This document shows, piece after piece, positions 20,210-30,268 of a DNA stretch of 64,000 nt. The first letter of the stretch is position 1, and each line of letters opens with the position of its first letter. The position numbers and the translations under genes are program-made. The notes below the pieces were generated by a model that was given only the letters and a program-made list of their open reading frames with translations, did not search any database and was not told the origin of the DNA. The stretch comes from Coprothermobacterota bacterium (GTDB lineage: Bacteria; Coprothermobacterota; HKB111): positions 9,705-73,704 of the forward strand of contig JBBIUB010000002.1 of the NCBI GenBank assembly GCA_037440465.1, read 5' to 3'.

Positions 20210-20494
20210 TTATGATGATGAAGGTACGATTGTAACTCTCTTTTTATCCTGTGCAAACCTCTCATATTTAACTTCACCATCTTTCAAAGCAAAAAGAGTA
20301 TAATCTTTACCCTGACCAACGTTTTCTCCAGGATTCATTTTGCTTCCTCGCTGTCTGACTAGAATTGCACCAGCTCTAACTGTTTGCCCAGCATGCAATT
20401 TCACTCCGAGATACTTAGGGTTAGAATCTCTTCCATTGGAAGTACTTCCTCCGCCTTTTTTATGGGCAAATAATTGTAAATTCCATCTTTTCAT
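20210..20494 (-). CDS. rpmA: 50S ribosomal protein L27 (with N-terminal Prp-cleavable extension)
   Basis: [18 protein letters not shown]: the AHKKGGGST core is preceded by a 9-residue extension ending in F. prp lies immediately upstream. Confidence 0.95.
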   Translation of the reverse strand: MKRWNLQLFAHKKGGGSTSNGRDSNPKYLGVKLHAGQTVRAGAILVRQRGSKMNPGENVGQGKDYTLFALKDGEVKYERFAQDKKRVTIVPSSS

Positions 20495-20817
20495 TTAAAT
20501 AAACCCCTCAATTTTATAAGTTTTATACACTTGAATTCCTTTGCTAACTTCTCTACACTTTTAGCATATGACTCAAAAGCATAAACCACTTCTCTGGCTT
20601 TCTCTGCCGGTATTGTGGTAAGGTTAATTTTCGTTCTACCTGATAATATTATACCACGCACTTCAATTTTTAATACATCCTTCAGCCCGAAAAAAAGGTT
20701 TTGTGTTAATGCAGATACAGTAGTACATACCAACCTTTCTTTTAGCGAAGAACCGCAATGACCCCTGATAACTACCCAGGCACTATCAGTATTTAAATAA
20801 ACTTTTACCTTAACCAA
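20491..20817 (-). CDS. prp: ribosomal-processing cysteine protease Prp
   Basis: 108 aa between rplU and rpmA; conserved His/Cys of the Prp family (GHCGSS). Confidence 0.85.
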   Translation of the reverse strand: MVKVKVYLNTDSAWVVIRGHCGSSLKERLVCTTVSALTQNLFFGLKDVLKIEVRGIILSGRTKINLTTIPAEKAREVVYAFESYAKSVEKLAKEFKCIKLIKLRGLFK

Positions 20818-20820
20818 TCC

Positions 20821-21135
20821 TTAACTCTTTATTTCCTCAACTTTGACAAGAGTGTAAGGATCTCTGTAACCGTATTTTCTTCTATAGTCAATCTTATTTT
20901 TATATTTGAAAACTACTATTTTTTTATCTCTGCCATGCTTAATAATCTTCATTTGCACAGATGCTCCATCAATATAAGGATTACCTGTTTTAATTTCTCC
21001 ATCATTACCCACGAGCAAAACTTTATCCCACTCAACTGTTTCCTTTTCCAAAAAAGAAGAGGTGTATGGTAACTTATAAATCTTCTGAGGAGATACTTTT
21101 ATCTGTCTCCCTCGTATCTCTATAACAGCATACAT
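20821..21135 (-). CDS. rplU: 50S ribosomal protein L21
   Basis: 104 aa; MYAVIEIRGRQIKV start typical of L21. Confidence 0.95.
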   Translation of the reverse strand: MYAVIEIRGRQIKVSPQKIYKLPYTSSFLEKETVEWDKVLLVGNDGEIKTGNPYIDGASVQMKIIKHGRDKKIVVFKYKNKIDYRRKYGYRDPYTLVKVEEIKS

Positions 21136-21247
21136 ATATTTAATCCTCCCAGGTTTCTTTTAGAAAATTTCAAAAAACTTTCAATAAATAAATATTTATA
21201 ACTTTAAAATTATAACACAAAAAGAATTTAAACCGACAATTTCTTTT

Positions 21248-22135
21248 TTATAAGAGCAAACCCTTCGCAACCATTACTACCTTTCCACCAACTTGCACTT
21301 CTATCCCATCTTCTTCCTCCTGGGCTTTCAAATAAAGCAAAGATGGTCTCCTAATCTCGTAACCCTGTTCAACACATAAATTGATTTTATTTGCTCCGAA
21401 GTAGCAATGCTTAACCAGATATCCGGCCAGGCAACCATTGGCACTTCCAGTAGCTGGATCTTCTGGCACGCCATAGTAATCAGCAAAAACTCTAACACTC
21501 AAATCATTTTCTTTATCATACGTTCCTGTGGAGAATATCAGTAAGGTTTTAGCGTGAGTATTTTTAACCAGCTCAAAATATTTTTCTTTGTCAACCCTGG
21601 CTTTCCTTAATAACTCCAGGTTTTTCAAAGGAATTATAATAGAAGGTAATCCTGTAGATACCTCTTGTATGGGAAACCTATTGTCAATATCATCCTGGTT
21701 AAGACTTAGTACTAATGAAATTAAATCAGGAGAAAAAATAGTTCCAAAAGATGGTGGTATCTGTTTCATCCATAGAATTTCTAAATCTATTTTATACCGC
21801 TCAAAAGAAACTGGTATTTGCCCTATTTTAAGGTTCAAGATAAGGCTATCAACCTGTTTTTTAATTATCTCATTTCTAATAATAAAAGCTGTACCTAAAA
21901 CAGGATGTCCAGCAAAAGGTATTTCTTCATTAGGAGTAAAGATACGAACATCATACCCACTATCTCTCGTTTCATCCGAAAGGATGAAGGTAGTTTCAGA
22001 AAAGTTTATCTCTCTAGCGATTTTTTGCATCTCGGTATCAGATAAAGTTGCAGCATTTCTTAAAACCAAAAGTTGATTACCTGCATATTTTTTTTCAGCA
22101 AATACATCTAAAATATAAAAGTCGCAATTCTTCAT
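21248..22135 (-). CDS. PhzF family isomerase
   Basis: 295 aa; the N-terminal FYILDVFAEKKYAGNQLLV region is typical of the PhzF/YddE family. Confidence 0.75.
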   Translation of the reverse strand: MKNCDFYILDVFAEKKYAGNQLLVLRNAATLSDTEMQKIAREINFSETTFILSDETRDSGYDVRIFTPNEEIPFAGHPVLGTAFIIRNEIIKKQVDSLILNLKIGQIPVSFERYKIDLEILWMKQIPPSFGTIFSPDLISLVLSLNQDDIDNRFPIQEVSTGLPSIIIPLKNLELLRKARVDKEKYFELVKNTHAKTLLIFSTGTYDKENDLSVRVFADYYGVPEDPATGSANGCLAGYLVKHCYFGANKINLCVEQGYEIRRPSLLYLKAQEEEDGIEVQVGGKVVMVAKGLLL

Positions 22136-22310
22136 TTTTTATATTCCAAACTTACTTTTAGCACTCCCTTATGCTAAAATATCCTAATCATCCCAAAGCA
22201 TTCAGAAGCTCCATTAATCAATGAGTTGTTTATTCATAATAATTTTTTAAGTTATAAATAAACTTTTTTGCGTGTTAAGTGATTACTTTGTCTCTCAAAT
22301 GTTATATATT

Positions 22311-22811
22311 TTATGGCTTCTCAGAAAGGTACTGTTTAGCAGTATAACCTTCAAATACTTTAGCGTCTTTATCGGTATAACGAACTTTAAACCATTCAGC
22401 CCCTTCTTCTAAAACCGTCACTTTTGAACCTTTTGGCATAACAACCAGGATTTCAAAGGTGCTTCCAGCGCCTTTTCTGAGGTTCAAGTTAACGGTAGTA
22501 TACCTCTCTGTTACCCTGGGCGGAATAGTTGGTTCTGTTACTGGAGGAGTTACTTCTTCCCAGGGCTTGCTGTTAATAAAATTATCCAGAGAGTCTACTT
22601 TATCACTAAGAGAGGCGATATCGCTTCTTAAATTTTTTACGGTTCCAGCTAACCCCCTGGTGCCATGTACATTCCAGAATGTAACTATCAACATAACCAC
22701 AACCAACACAATTAGAATCAGATTTACCCAGGAAGGACCTTTCTTTTCAGCAGCCTTGAATAAATCTTCATCATCAAAATCCGTTGTATTACTTTCATTA
22801 AAAAAACTCAT
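22311..22811 (-). CDS. membrane-anchored SH3b domain protein
   Basis: N-terminal TM helix, proline-rich linker, and a C-terminal SH3_3-like region (NLNLRKGAGSTFEIL...WFKVRY). Confidence 0.55.
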   Translation of the reverse strand: MSFFNESNTTDFDDEDLFKAAEKKGPSWVNLILIVLVVVMLIVTFWNVHGTRGLAGTVKNLRSDIASLSDKVDSLDNFINSKPWEEVTPPVTEPTIPPRVTERYTTVNLNLRKGAGSTFEILVVMPKGSKVTVLEEGAEWFKVRYTDKDAKVFEGYTAKQYLSEKP

Positions 22812-22830
22812 AAATATTCACCTCCTTAAA

Positions 22831-24183
22831 TTAACTTAAAAATTCTTTCTCTGCAATACCAATAGAGTCATCAAGGATATTTATTACCCTGTCAATCTGT
22901 TCATTGGTTACCACAAGAGGGGGTGCTATATATGTCTTATCTACTGAAGCACGGCAGAGGTAAAGACCTCTTTCCCATGCAAGTTGTTCTATCTTGAAGG
23001 CAAACCTGTAGGAACTGGGAATTTTTTTACGGGTGTTTTTATCAGCTACATACTCTAAGGTAGTTAGAAGACCCATTCCCCTTATGTCTCCAACAGTTTT
23101 ATGTTTCTTAAGAGTCTGGAGTCCCTCCATGAGATATAAACCCATTTCACTTGCTCTCTCTGGTAATTTATCTTCGATTAATACTTCTATGTTCTTCAAG
23201 GCTGCAGTTGTAGAAAGAGTATGTCCACCAAATGTAAGTCCATGGACAAACATATAATCTTCAAATGTTTCACCTAAACTATCACTTGCCAGCACAGCTC
23301 CAAGTGGTGCATAACCAGAGGTCAAGCCCTTCGCAAGTACTATAATATCCGGTTTTAACCCGAATATATTTGAAGCAAAAAGAGACCCCAGTCTTCCAAA
23401 AGCATTTACAACTTCATCTGCAATAAGGAGTACCCCATAGTTCTTTGTGATTTCTTCTACTCGCTTAAGATAACCAGGTGGTGGTAAGATTGAACCCAGA
23501 GCATTCATGACTGGTTCAAGAATTACTGCGGCAACAGTTTTGGGTCCTTCCCACTCTATAGCCTGCGCTATAGCTTCAGCACACTCCAGTTTACAGAAAA
23601 CAGGTTCCTGTCCAAATTCACAACGATAACAGTAAGGTGGGGGAACATGATGAAAACCAGGCACGAGTGGCTCAAAGGGTTGTCTATAAACCCTTATTCC
23701 TGTAGCACTCAAGGCCCCCAAAGTAACGCCATGGTAGGACTCTTTTCGAGAGATTATTTTATAGCGCCCACTTTGACCTTTAAGCTGGAAGTACTGTCTA
23801 CTCATCTTGATAGCTGTTTCTACAGCCTCAGAACCTCCACTAACGAAAAATACTCTGTTTAAATTAGCAGGGGCAATTTCCTTTAATTTTGCTGCAGCCA
23901 GAATAGCTGGTATGTTAGAATACCCACCAAAAAGAGAAGCATATCCTATTTTTTCTGATTGTTCCTTTATAGCATCTACAATCTCCCTTCTTCCATGCCC
24001 AACATTAACAACCCAGAGCATAGACAATCCATCTATATACTCATTCCCATCAATATCCTGTATTATTGCACCATCACCATCTACAATAATTTTTGATCCC
24101 TTTTCTTTGACTTCTTTCATCGATGTATAATGATGCCAGAGAGTTTCCCTGGCCTCATATGCTAAGAAATCTTTATCTTTCAT
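22831..24183 (-). CDS. class III (omega) aminotransferase, PLP-dependent
   Basis: 450 aa; class-III fold with the PLP lysine region IIVLAKGLTSGYAPLGA. Confidence 0.8.
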   Translation of the reverse strand: MKDKDFLAYEARETLWHHYTSMKEVKEKGSKIIVDGDGAIIQDIDGNEYIDGLSMLWVVNVGHGRREIVDAIKEQSEKIGYASLFGGYSNIPAILAAAKLKEIAPANLNRVFFVSGGSEAVETAIKMSRQYFQLKGQSGRYKIISRKESYHGVTLGALSATGIRVYRQPFEPLVPGFHHVPPPYCYRCEFGQEPVFCKLECAEAIAQAIEWEGPKTVAAVILEPVMNALGSILPPPGYLKRVEEITKNYGVLLIADEVVNAFGRLGSLFASNIFGLKPDIIVLAKGLTSGYAPLGAVLASDSLGETFEDYMFVHGLTFGGHTLSTTAALKNIEVLIEDKLPERASEMGLYLMEGLQTLKKHKTVGDIRGMGLLTTLEYVADKNTRKKIPSSYRFAFKIEQLAWERGLYLCRASVDKTYIAPPLVVTNEQIDRVINILDDSIGIAEKEFLS

Positions 24184-24228
24184 TAATTCCTCCCAGAAAA
24201 AAGCATAATAGCTTCAATATCTTTACTA

Positions 24229-25062
24229 TTATAGAAGCTTCTCCAGCTCATCACGAGATATGCTGTAAGTATGATCTTTAGATGGAAAATCTCCACTCTC
24301 TACTTCTTTTTTGTAACTCTGCAAGGCTGATAGGATAACTTCTGCCAGATTAGCATATTTCTTAACAAATTTTGGTGTGAACAATTCAAAAATACCCAGA
24401 AGGTCATTCACGATTAATAACTGACCATCGCAGTATTTTCCTGCACCAATACCAATAATAGGTATTATTGCTCTTTCCGCAATAATCTTTCCTACCTCCT
24501 CGGGAATTGCCTCCAGAAGAATGGAAAAAGCACCTGCTTCTTCAAGAGCTTTAGCATCATCAATAATAGCCTTTGCTGTTTCTGCTGTTTTACCCTGAGC
24601 AACAAAACCACCAAGCTGCGTGATAGATTGAGGAGTAAGCCCAATATGACCCATAACAGGTATGCCAGCTTTTACTATTCCATCTACAATATGAGCTACC
24701 CTTGCACCACCCTCAAGTTTAATAGCATCAGCACCACCTTCCTTAACAAACCTTCCAGCATTCCATATGGCGTCTTCAACATTTCTATGATAAGCCATAA
24801 AAGGCATGTCGCCTATCACAAGTGGGCTCTTTGCTCCTCTACTGACAGCTTTTGTATGATGAATCATCTCGTCCATAGTAACAGGTAAGGTATTGCTGTA
24901 CCCAAGAACAACCATCCCGAGAGAATCTCCTACCAGAACAATGTCAATGCCTGTCTTCTCCATAAAGCAAGCAGTGGGATAATCATAACAGGTAAGCATT
25001 ACTATCTTCTTGCCTTCCTGTTTTTTCTTTATTAAATCAGGTATCGTAATCTTCTTTACCAT
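24229..25062 (-). CDS. panB: 3-methyl-2-oxobutanoate hydroxymethyltransferase
   Basis: 277 aa; KKIVMLTCYDY, GDSLGMV and KLEGG motifs. Confidence 0.9.
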   Translation of the reverse strand: MVKKITIPDLIKKKQEGKKIVMLTCYDYPTACFMEKTGIDIVLVGDSLGMVVLGYSNTLPVTMDEMIHHTKAVSRGAKSPLVIGDMPFMAYHRNVEDAIWNAGRFVKEGGADAIKLEGGARVAHIVDGIVKAGIPVMGHIGLTPQSITQLGGFVAQGKTAETAKAIIDDAKALEEAGAFSILLEAIPEEVGKIIAERAIIPIIGIGAGKYCDGQLLIVNDLLGIFELFTPKFVKKYANLAEVILSALQSYKKEVESGDFPSKDHTYSISRDELEKLL

Positions 25063-25071
25063 TTCTGCCTC

Positions 25072-26004
25072 CTAAGGTTTTGGAATAGCAAGATCTACAG
25101 GTCCTTGTGGAGAAAGTTTTAAATCAGGAGCTGTCCTCTCTATAAGCTCTCTAATGATTTCTGCTTGCTTTACTTTTTCTCTTGCCAGAAATGACAGAGA
25201 ATCAGGGCTAACCCAGGGTTTATATAAAGCTCCTACTCCTGCTCCAGGTTCAATCTTTAAGTAACATGGAGAACATACCCTTCCAAGCTCTCCTCCCTCC
25301 CAGAAACGGTTAAAACCACCCATAGAATCAAATAGATAGATATGCAGGTCCATAGGTATCTTTACAGCTTTACGAATAGAAGCCAGCATTGGTAAAGACA
25401 TATCAGCTACAGGATTAAATGTATTCGCTCCAAGCGTCTCCAGAACCTTTGCGCCAGCTGCATTAGCATGCCCTGCGAAGATAGAAACCTTAAAAGTGGT
25501 CTCTTTCGGTATATCACCTTCTGCTCGCATTTTGCTCAAAAGATTAAGAAGTCCTTCATCCCAGATTAAAAATCCCCTGAACCCAGCTTCAATGCAACGA
25601 AAGATGTCAGCTATTATATAGGAAAGGTTATCAGAACCTCTTACTCTAAGGCCAGATAACGCTCCTTCGGGAGTAGCGATCTGTCTTCCTTGATCCCATA
25701 AAGACCTGGGTCCAGGTGTTACTATCACTTCTATTCTGGTATCGTGTGCCATTTGAGCAAAATCCTTTAACTCCTGTTTAGATAGAAGAGTTGCACCCAT
25801 CACCATGCCAATAACTCTGTGAACGGGAACTTTCTGTTTGTTCATCTCATCTATCATAGCCTCAAGGGTAGAAGAACGTTCTATTCCTGAAATTTCTATG
25901 CGATAGTGAGCACCATCCGGAAAAGTGTAAGGAGAATTTGATAACTCATAAGCGTCTCTTCCCGGTATTCCGTATTTTTCCATCAATCTTCTGATGTACT
26001 CCAT
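25072..26004 (-). CDS. conserved hypothetical protein (possible TIM-barrel / PEP-hydrolase-like fold)
   Basis: 310 aa ORF, tightly linked (10 nt) to panB. No motif I can assign with confidence. Confidence 0.35.
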   Translation of the reverse strand: MEYIRRLMEKYGIPGRDAYELSNSPYTFPDGAHYRIEISGIERSSTLEAMIDEMNKQKVPVHRVIGMVMGATLLSKQELKDFAQMAHDTRIEVIVTPGPRSLWDQGRQIATPEGALSGLRVRGSDNLSYIIADIFRCIEAGFRGFLIWDEGLLNLLSKMRAEGDIPKETTFKVSIFAGHANAAGAKVLETLGANTFNPVADMSLPMLASIRKAVKIPMDLHIYLFDSMGGFNRFWEGGELGRVCSPCYLKIEPGAGVGALYKPWVSPDSLSFLAREKVKQAEIIRELIERTAPDLKLSPQGPVDLAIPKP

Positions 26005-26109
26005 AAATATTCTTCCTCCTTATAATCAGGAAAATTTTATCTACTATGGAATTATACCAGATGTGATTAATATTATTTTTTAGAATTAGAAAAGGCTTCT
26101 TTTAAAAAA

Positions 26110-26185
26110 TGGTACCCCCAAGCGGATTCGAACCGCTGCCGCGGCCTTGAAAGGGCCGTGTCCTAGGCCTCTAGACGATGGGGGC
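26110..26185 (-). tRNA. tRNA-Glu (TTC)
   Basis: Reverse complement GCCCCCATCGTCTAGAGGCCTAGGACACGGCCCTTTCAAGGCCGCGGCAGCGGTTCGAATCCGCTTGGGGGTACCA gives a cloverleaf with anticodon TTC and a D-arm typical of tRNA-Glu. CCA is encoded. Confidence 0.9.
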
Positions 26186-26199
26186 ACAAAATTAATTAT

Positions 26200-26274
26200 A
26201 TGGTGGGCCCACCTGGACTTGAACCAGGAACCTTCCGGTTATGAGCCGGTGGCTCTGCCATTGAGCTATAGGCC
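26200..26274 (-). tRNA. tRNA-Met (CAT; elongator-type, tRNA-Ile2 not excluded)
   Basis: Reverse complement GGGCCTATAGCTCAATGGCAGAGCCACCGGCTCATAACCGG...TTCAAGTCCAGGTGGGCCCACCA; anticodon CAT; encoded CCA. Confidence 0.85.
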
Positions 26275-26286
26275 CACTATCAATAA

Positions 26287-26362
26287 ATGGCTGCTCGGGC
26301 AGGACTTGAACCTGCAACCAGACGGTTAACAGCCGCCCGCTCTACCAATTGAGCTACCGAGC
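26287..26362 (-). tRNA. tRNA-Asn (GTT)
   Basis: Reverse complement TGCTCGGTAGCTCAATTGGTAGAGCGGGCGGCTGTTAACCGTC...GGTTCAAGTCCTGCCCGAGCAGCCA; anticodon GTT. Confidence 0.9.
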
Positions 26363-26432
26363 AATCTTACTAAATATTATATCATATGCCTTTTAGTGAA
26401 TTGTCAATGGTTTAATACCTCATTAAGAATGT

Positions 26433-26461
26433 TTGACAGGGTATTAAATTTATGCTATCTT
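26433..26461 (+). promoter_or_regulatory. sigma-70-like promoter for the methyltransferase gene
   Basis: TTGACA at 26433, a 17-nt spacer, TATCTT at 26456. AGGAGG RBS 7 nt before the ATG at 26484. Confidence 0.4.
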
Positions 26462-26483
26462 AAAAAAAAATATAGGAGGATAT

Positions 26484-27230
26484 ATGGTGTTAGATTTTGA
26501 TGATTTCTATGGTGAAGACTATCTTAATATATATGGCCCTGACCTGGATCAACGAACCCAGGTTGAGGTTGAGTTTATAGATTCTACATTAAATTTGGAA
26601 CCCCAAGCAAAGATTCTTGATCTATTTTGCGGATATGGTAGGCATGCTCTACTACTGGGTAAACTGGGATATGAAGTAGTAGGTGTCGATACATCTCAGT
26701 ATTTGATTGATATAGGTATAAAAAAAATAGAAACTGCCAGATTGAGTCAGAAAATTTCTTTACTAAAAAAGAAGAAAGATGAGATAGGTTTTAATAATGA
26801 ATTTGATGCTGTTATCAATATGTATACCAGTTTTGGTTTTTACGAAGATGATGAAGACAATTTTTCCCTTCTAAAAAAAGCCTATGATGCTTTAAAGCCA
26901 GGAGGAAAATTTCTGTTAGATGTTGTTAATAGGGAAAGAGTAGTATCTCAACCCAGGTTTAAAAACTGGGAAGAGCGAAACGAAAGTCTTTTTTTATTGG
27001 AAGCTTACGACTTTAATTATTTGAGGGGTCGTGCTATTACTAGAAGAATAATATTAGATAAAGGTGTAAGGAAAGAAGGCTATATTTCTATAAGGCTTTA
27101 CACCTTAGCTGAACTAAAAATGGCTTTAGAAGCAGCAGGTTTTAATGTAGAGAAAGTATATGGTGGTTATAACGGGAACCTTTTCACAAATCTTTCTCCC
27201 CGAATGATACCCTTATGCATTAAAACTTGA
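26484..27230 (+). CDS. class I SAM-dependent methyltransferase (paralog of 50376..51122)
   Basis: 248 aa; motif I ILDLFCGYGRH; post-I acidic VVGVD; FDAVINMYTSFG. Confidence 0.8.
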   Translation: MVLDFDDFYGEDYLNIYGPDLDQRTQVEVEFIDSTLNLEPQAKILDLFCGYGRHALLLGKLGYEVVGVDTSQYLIDIGIKKIETARLSQKISLLKKKKDEIGFNNEFDAVINMYTSFGFYEDDEDNFSLLKKAYDALKPGGKFLLDVVNRERVVSQPRFKNWEERNESLFLLEAYDFNYLRGRAITRRIILDKGVRKEGYISIRLYTLAELKMALEAAGFNVEKVYGGYNGNLFTNLSPRMIPLCIKT

Positions 27231-27255
27231 AATTATATTATAAATATATGAAATT

Positions 27256-28035
27256 CTAACTGCTTCTTCTGATCTGTATTATTTCTGCAAGAATAGAAAT
27301 AGCTATTTCTGTTGGTGTTATAGCACCTATAGAAATACCAATTGGTGTCTTAACTTGAGATAGCTTATCTTCAGGAATCCCTGAGTTAGTGAGGTTATAT
27401 ATAATCTCTCTCGCTTTTTGACGACTGGCAATCATTCCCAAGTATTTCGGTAAAACGGGCTTCCGTAATATGATTTCTAATATAGATTGGTCAAAACCGT
27501 GACTCCGTGTTGCTATCACTATATACATTCTTTCATTGTCTATATCAAGGTTATGAGCTGTTACCATCATATCGCCATGAATAAAATTAACCTCAGAAGA
27601 GAAATGCTCATCAGTTAGGAGTTCTTTTCTATCATCAATGACTATTACCTTAAAGCCAAGATTAAGAGCTATTTTAGACACAGCTTGACCTATGTGACCA
27701 CTACCAAAGATATATAGCTTATCAATAAATCCCATAGGTTCAATAAATACTGCCATACTACCACCACATAACATACCCAGGCTCTCAAGAGCTATCTCTA
27801 AATACTTAGATTCTTTTAACTCTATACACTTAAAACTTTCTTCTATCACCCTGGATTCTATAGCTCCCCCTCCTACCGTTCCAGATGAACTGCCATCAGG
27901 GTAAATCAACATTTTAAAACCTGTTTTCCCTGGTGCGCCTTCAACCCCTCTTATTACTGTAGCCAAAGCAAAAGGAATCCCAGATTCAAGATTTCCAAGA
28001 ATCTCTTCATAAAGCCTTTTGTCATTTGCTTGCAT
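27256..28035 (-). CDS. XdhC/CoxI family molybdenum-hydroxylase accessory protein
   Basis: 259 aa; XdhC_CoxI N-domain and Rossmann-like C-domain (LYIFGSGHIGQAV). Confidence 0.8.
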   Translation of the reverse strand: MQANDKRLYEEILGNLESGIPFALATVIRGVEGAPGKTGFKMLIYPDGSSSGTVGGGAIESRVIEESFKCIELKESKYLEIALESLGMLCGGSMAVFIEPMGFIDKLYIFGSGHIGQAVSKIALNLGFKVIVIDDRKELLTDEHFSSEVNFIHGDMMVTAHNLDIDNERMYIVIATRSHGFDQSILEIILRKPVLPKYLGMIASRQKAREIIYNLTNSGIPEDKLSQVKTPIGISIGAITPTEIAISILAEIIQIRRSS

Positions 28036-28037
28036 TT

Positions 28038-28658
28038 CTAATTATCCCCTTTCTTGAAATTTATTAATCTTTCGTATTCAACTGGTGTATCCAGGTCCAT
28101 GAGAACCTTTTCATCTTGAACTTCTACTTCCACAATAAAATCAGAATGTCTGTTCAACAAATCTCTAAGTGTATCTTTCTCATTATCAAGAGAAAGAACC
28201 TCACTCCTGAGTTTGTTATTAAACAGTAACGGATGCCCTCTTCTTTTTTTAAAAACAGGGGCAACTATAAGCGAAGTTAAAGGAGAAAAAACATCACTAA
28301 GACTAACTAACCACTTTGACTGTATAAATGGTTGATCTCCCAGAATTACATAGAAACCATCAATATCTTCTCTTAATGCTCTAACTCCAGTCTGCACTGA
28401 AGAAAGCATTCCCTTTTTGTAAGAAGGGTTAAAGACAACCTTAATTCCCAACTCTTTAATCACTGGACCAAGAATGCTCAAAATAATATTTTTATCAAAA
28501 CCAAGAACTAAAATTATTTCTGAAATACCTGAATAGTATAATGTATTCAAAATCCTACTTCCAATTGGCTTGTTATCCCAGGGAAGAAGGATTTTATTCT
28601 TCCCCATTCGCGTTGATTTACCAGCAGCTAAAACTACTGCTCCTAAATTATTTAACAT
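28038..28658 (-). CDS. mocA: molybdenum cofactor cytidylyltransferase (MobA-like NTP transferase)
   Basis: 206 aa; GAVVLAAGKSTRMG nucleotide-binding loop. Confidence 0.8.
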   Translation of the reverse strand: MLNNLGAVVLAAGKSTRMGKNKILLPWDNKPIGSRILNTLYYSGISEIILVLGFDKNIILSILGPVIKELGIKVVFNPSYKKGMLSSVQTGVRALREDIDGFYVILGDQPFIQSKWLVSLSDVFSPLTSLIVAPVFKKRRGHPLLFNNKLRSEVLSLDNEKDTLRDLLNRHSDFIVEVEVQDEKVLMDLDTPVEYERLINFKKGDN

Positions 28659-28782
28659 AAATCCCCTTTTTTATGAGTCTCTTAACTATATGATATTAAA
28701 AGTGGTTTCATTAAAAATGCTAACACAAATTAACTACTCCCTTATAATACATAAAAAATACTGAAAGATTTCATATATAATC

Positions 28783-28813
28783 CAAAAAAATTGGCGGGAT
28801 TTTACTCCCGCCA
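28783..28813 (-). terminator. rho-independent terminator downstream of the permease gene
   Basis: On the minus strand, GGCGGGAGUAAAAUCCCGCC hairpin followed by AAUUUUUUU, 35 nt after the stop at 28850. Confidence 0.6.
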
Positions 28814-28849
28814 AATAATTATTTTAATAAAAGTTCATCCTAAATATTG

Positions 28850-30268
28850 TTAGGACTTAACTCCCCGCTCTTCCAGGGTACCAGGAATAAGGTTATCTAA
28901 AACTAAGCCACATAAAGCTCCAACAGCCATTCCGGTGCTTAGGAGCCGATTGAGAATGTCAGCAATCCACTGGGGGTCAAATGCTATGGGGTTATTTCCA
29001 ACCCACTGAGGAACCCCTAAACCCATGAGGAAAGCAAAACCAATAATTAATAAGTTCCTTTGAGAAGTAAGGTCGGCTCTTCCCAGAATCATGATTCCAA
29101 TAGCTCCAATTACGCCGAAGAGAGCAATATAAGCGCCACCAATGATAGGTGAGGGTATAGTAGCAATAAGAGCACCAAGTTTACCAATAAGGCTCATGAT
29201 TATCAAAAGAATTGCACCTGTTCCAACAACATACCTTGAAGCAACTCCTGTGATTCCTACAAGACCAATGTTTTCTGAATAACTGGTCGTACCAACGCCA
29301 CCGAAAATACCGCTAATCATGCAACCCAAGCCTTCTGAACCAATACCTCTATTTATCTTTTGTGGAGTTGGATCATCAAGTCCAGCAGCATAAGATATTG
29401 AGTGATAATCACCAAAAGATTCAATCATTGAAGCAAAATATGCTGCCAAAATAGCAAAGAAAAAGGTAATATCAAAGACTGGCCTACCATAACGGAATGG
29501 GATTGGCAAATTAACCCAGTTAGCGTCACCAATAGGAGCAAGGTTAATAAAAGCTGCATGCCCTTCTTTAAACACACCCATAAAAGTTAAGAGAAGGCAG
29601 ACAACATACATAAGAGCAATAGAGGATATTACAGATATAAGACGCATCCTTTCACCGAGTAACATGGAAAAAACAAAAATACCCGCTACAACAAGAATAG
29701 CAACAGGCCAGAAGCTCCCTGCGGTACCTACAGCCACAGGTGCTAGACCAAAACCAATCAGCATTATGGTCGGTCCAATAACTATAGGTGTGATAACTTT
29801 CCTTAAAAGTCCAATTAGACCACCATAGCCTACTACAAGCTCAACTAAGCTACCCGATATTAGAGCTCCAGAAATAGCTTGCATTACATAATTAACTCCC
29901 CGTTCTTTGGTGGCTGCAACAATAGCCATAACTGCAGGTATAAAAGAAAAGCTCGAACCCTGAACAATGGGTAACCCACTTCCTATTAAAGATAATTGTA
30001 GTAAAGTGGCAATACCCATAACCAGATAAACAGAGTTTACAAAAACACCAATTTGGACTTTATCCATTCCAATAGCAGGACCAAAAATTAAGGGGACAAG
30101 TGTAGTAGCTCCAAACAAAGTTAAAACATGCTGAAACCCACCTACTATCATAAAGCTGAGAGGTGGTTTGTAATCTACTGGCATAATAACTTTCCTATTA
30201 GGCATATAAAACCTCCTTAAATAATGGATTAAAAAATAATTAAGCCTATTTCTCTTCCCTTTTCTCAC
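28850..30268 (-). CDS. NCS2 family nucleobase (xanthine/uracil) permease
   Basis: 472 aa polytopic; NCS2 signature region. 23-nt overlap with the xdh molybdopterin subunit. Confidence 0.85.
   Translation of the reverse strand: MRKGKRNRLNYFLIHYLRRFYMPNRKVIMPVDYKPPLSFMIVGGFQHVLTLFGATTLVPLIFGPAIGMDKVQIGVFVNSVYLVMGIATLLQLSLIGSGLPIVQGSSFSFIPAVMAIVAATKERGVNYVMQAISGALISGSLVELVVGYGGLIGLLRKVITPIVIGPTIMLIGFGLAPVAVGTAGSFWPVAILVVAGIFVFSMLLGERMRLISVISSIALMYVVCLLLTFMGVFKEGHAAFINLAPIGDANWVNLPIPFRYGRPVFDITFFFAILAAYFASMIESFGDYHSISYAAGLDDPTPQKINRGIGSEGLGCMISGIFGGVGTTSYSENIGLVGITGVASRYVVGTGAILLIIMSLIGKLGALIATIPSPIIGGAYIALFGVIGAIGIMILGRADLTSQRNLLIIGFAFLMGLGVPQWVGNNPIAFDPQWIADILNRLLSTGMAVGALCGLVLDNLIPGTLEERGVKS

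Noticed and set aside
21588-22076. 162-aa plus-strand ORF
   Set aside because: Lies antisense within the PhzF-family gene; no motif.
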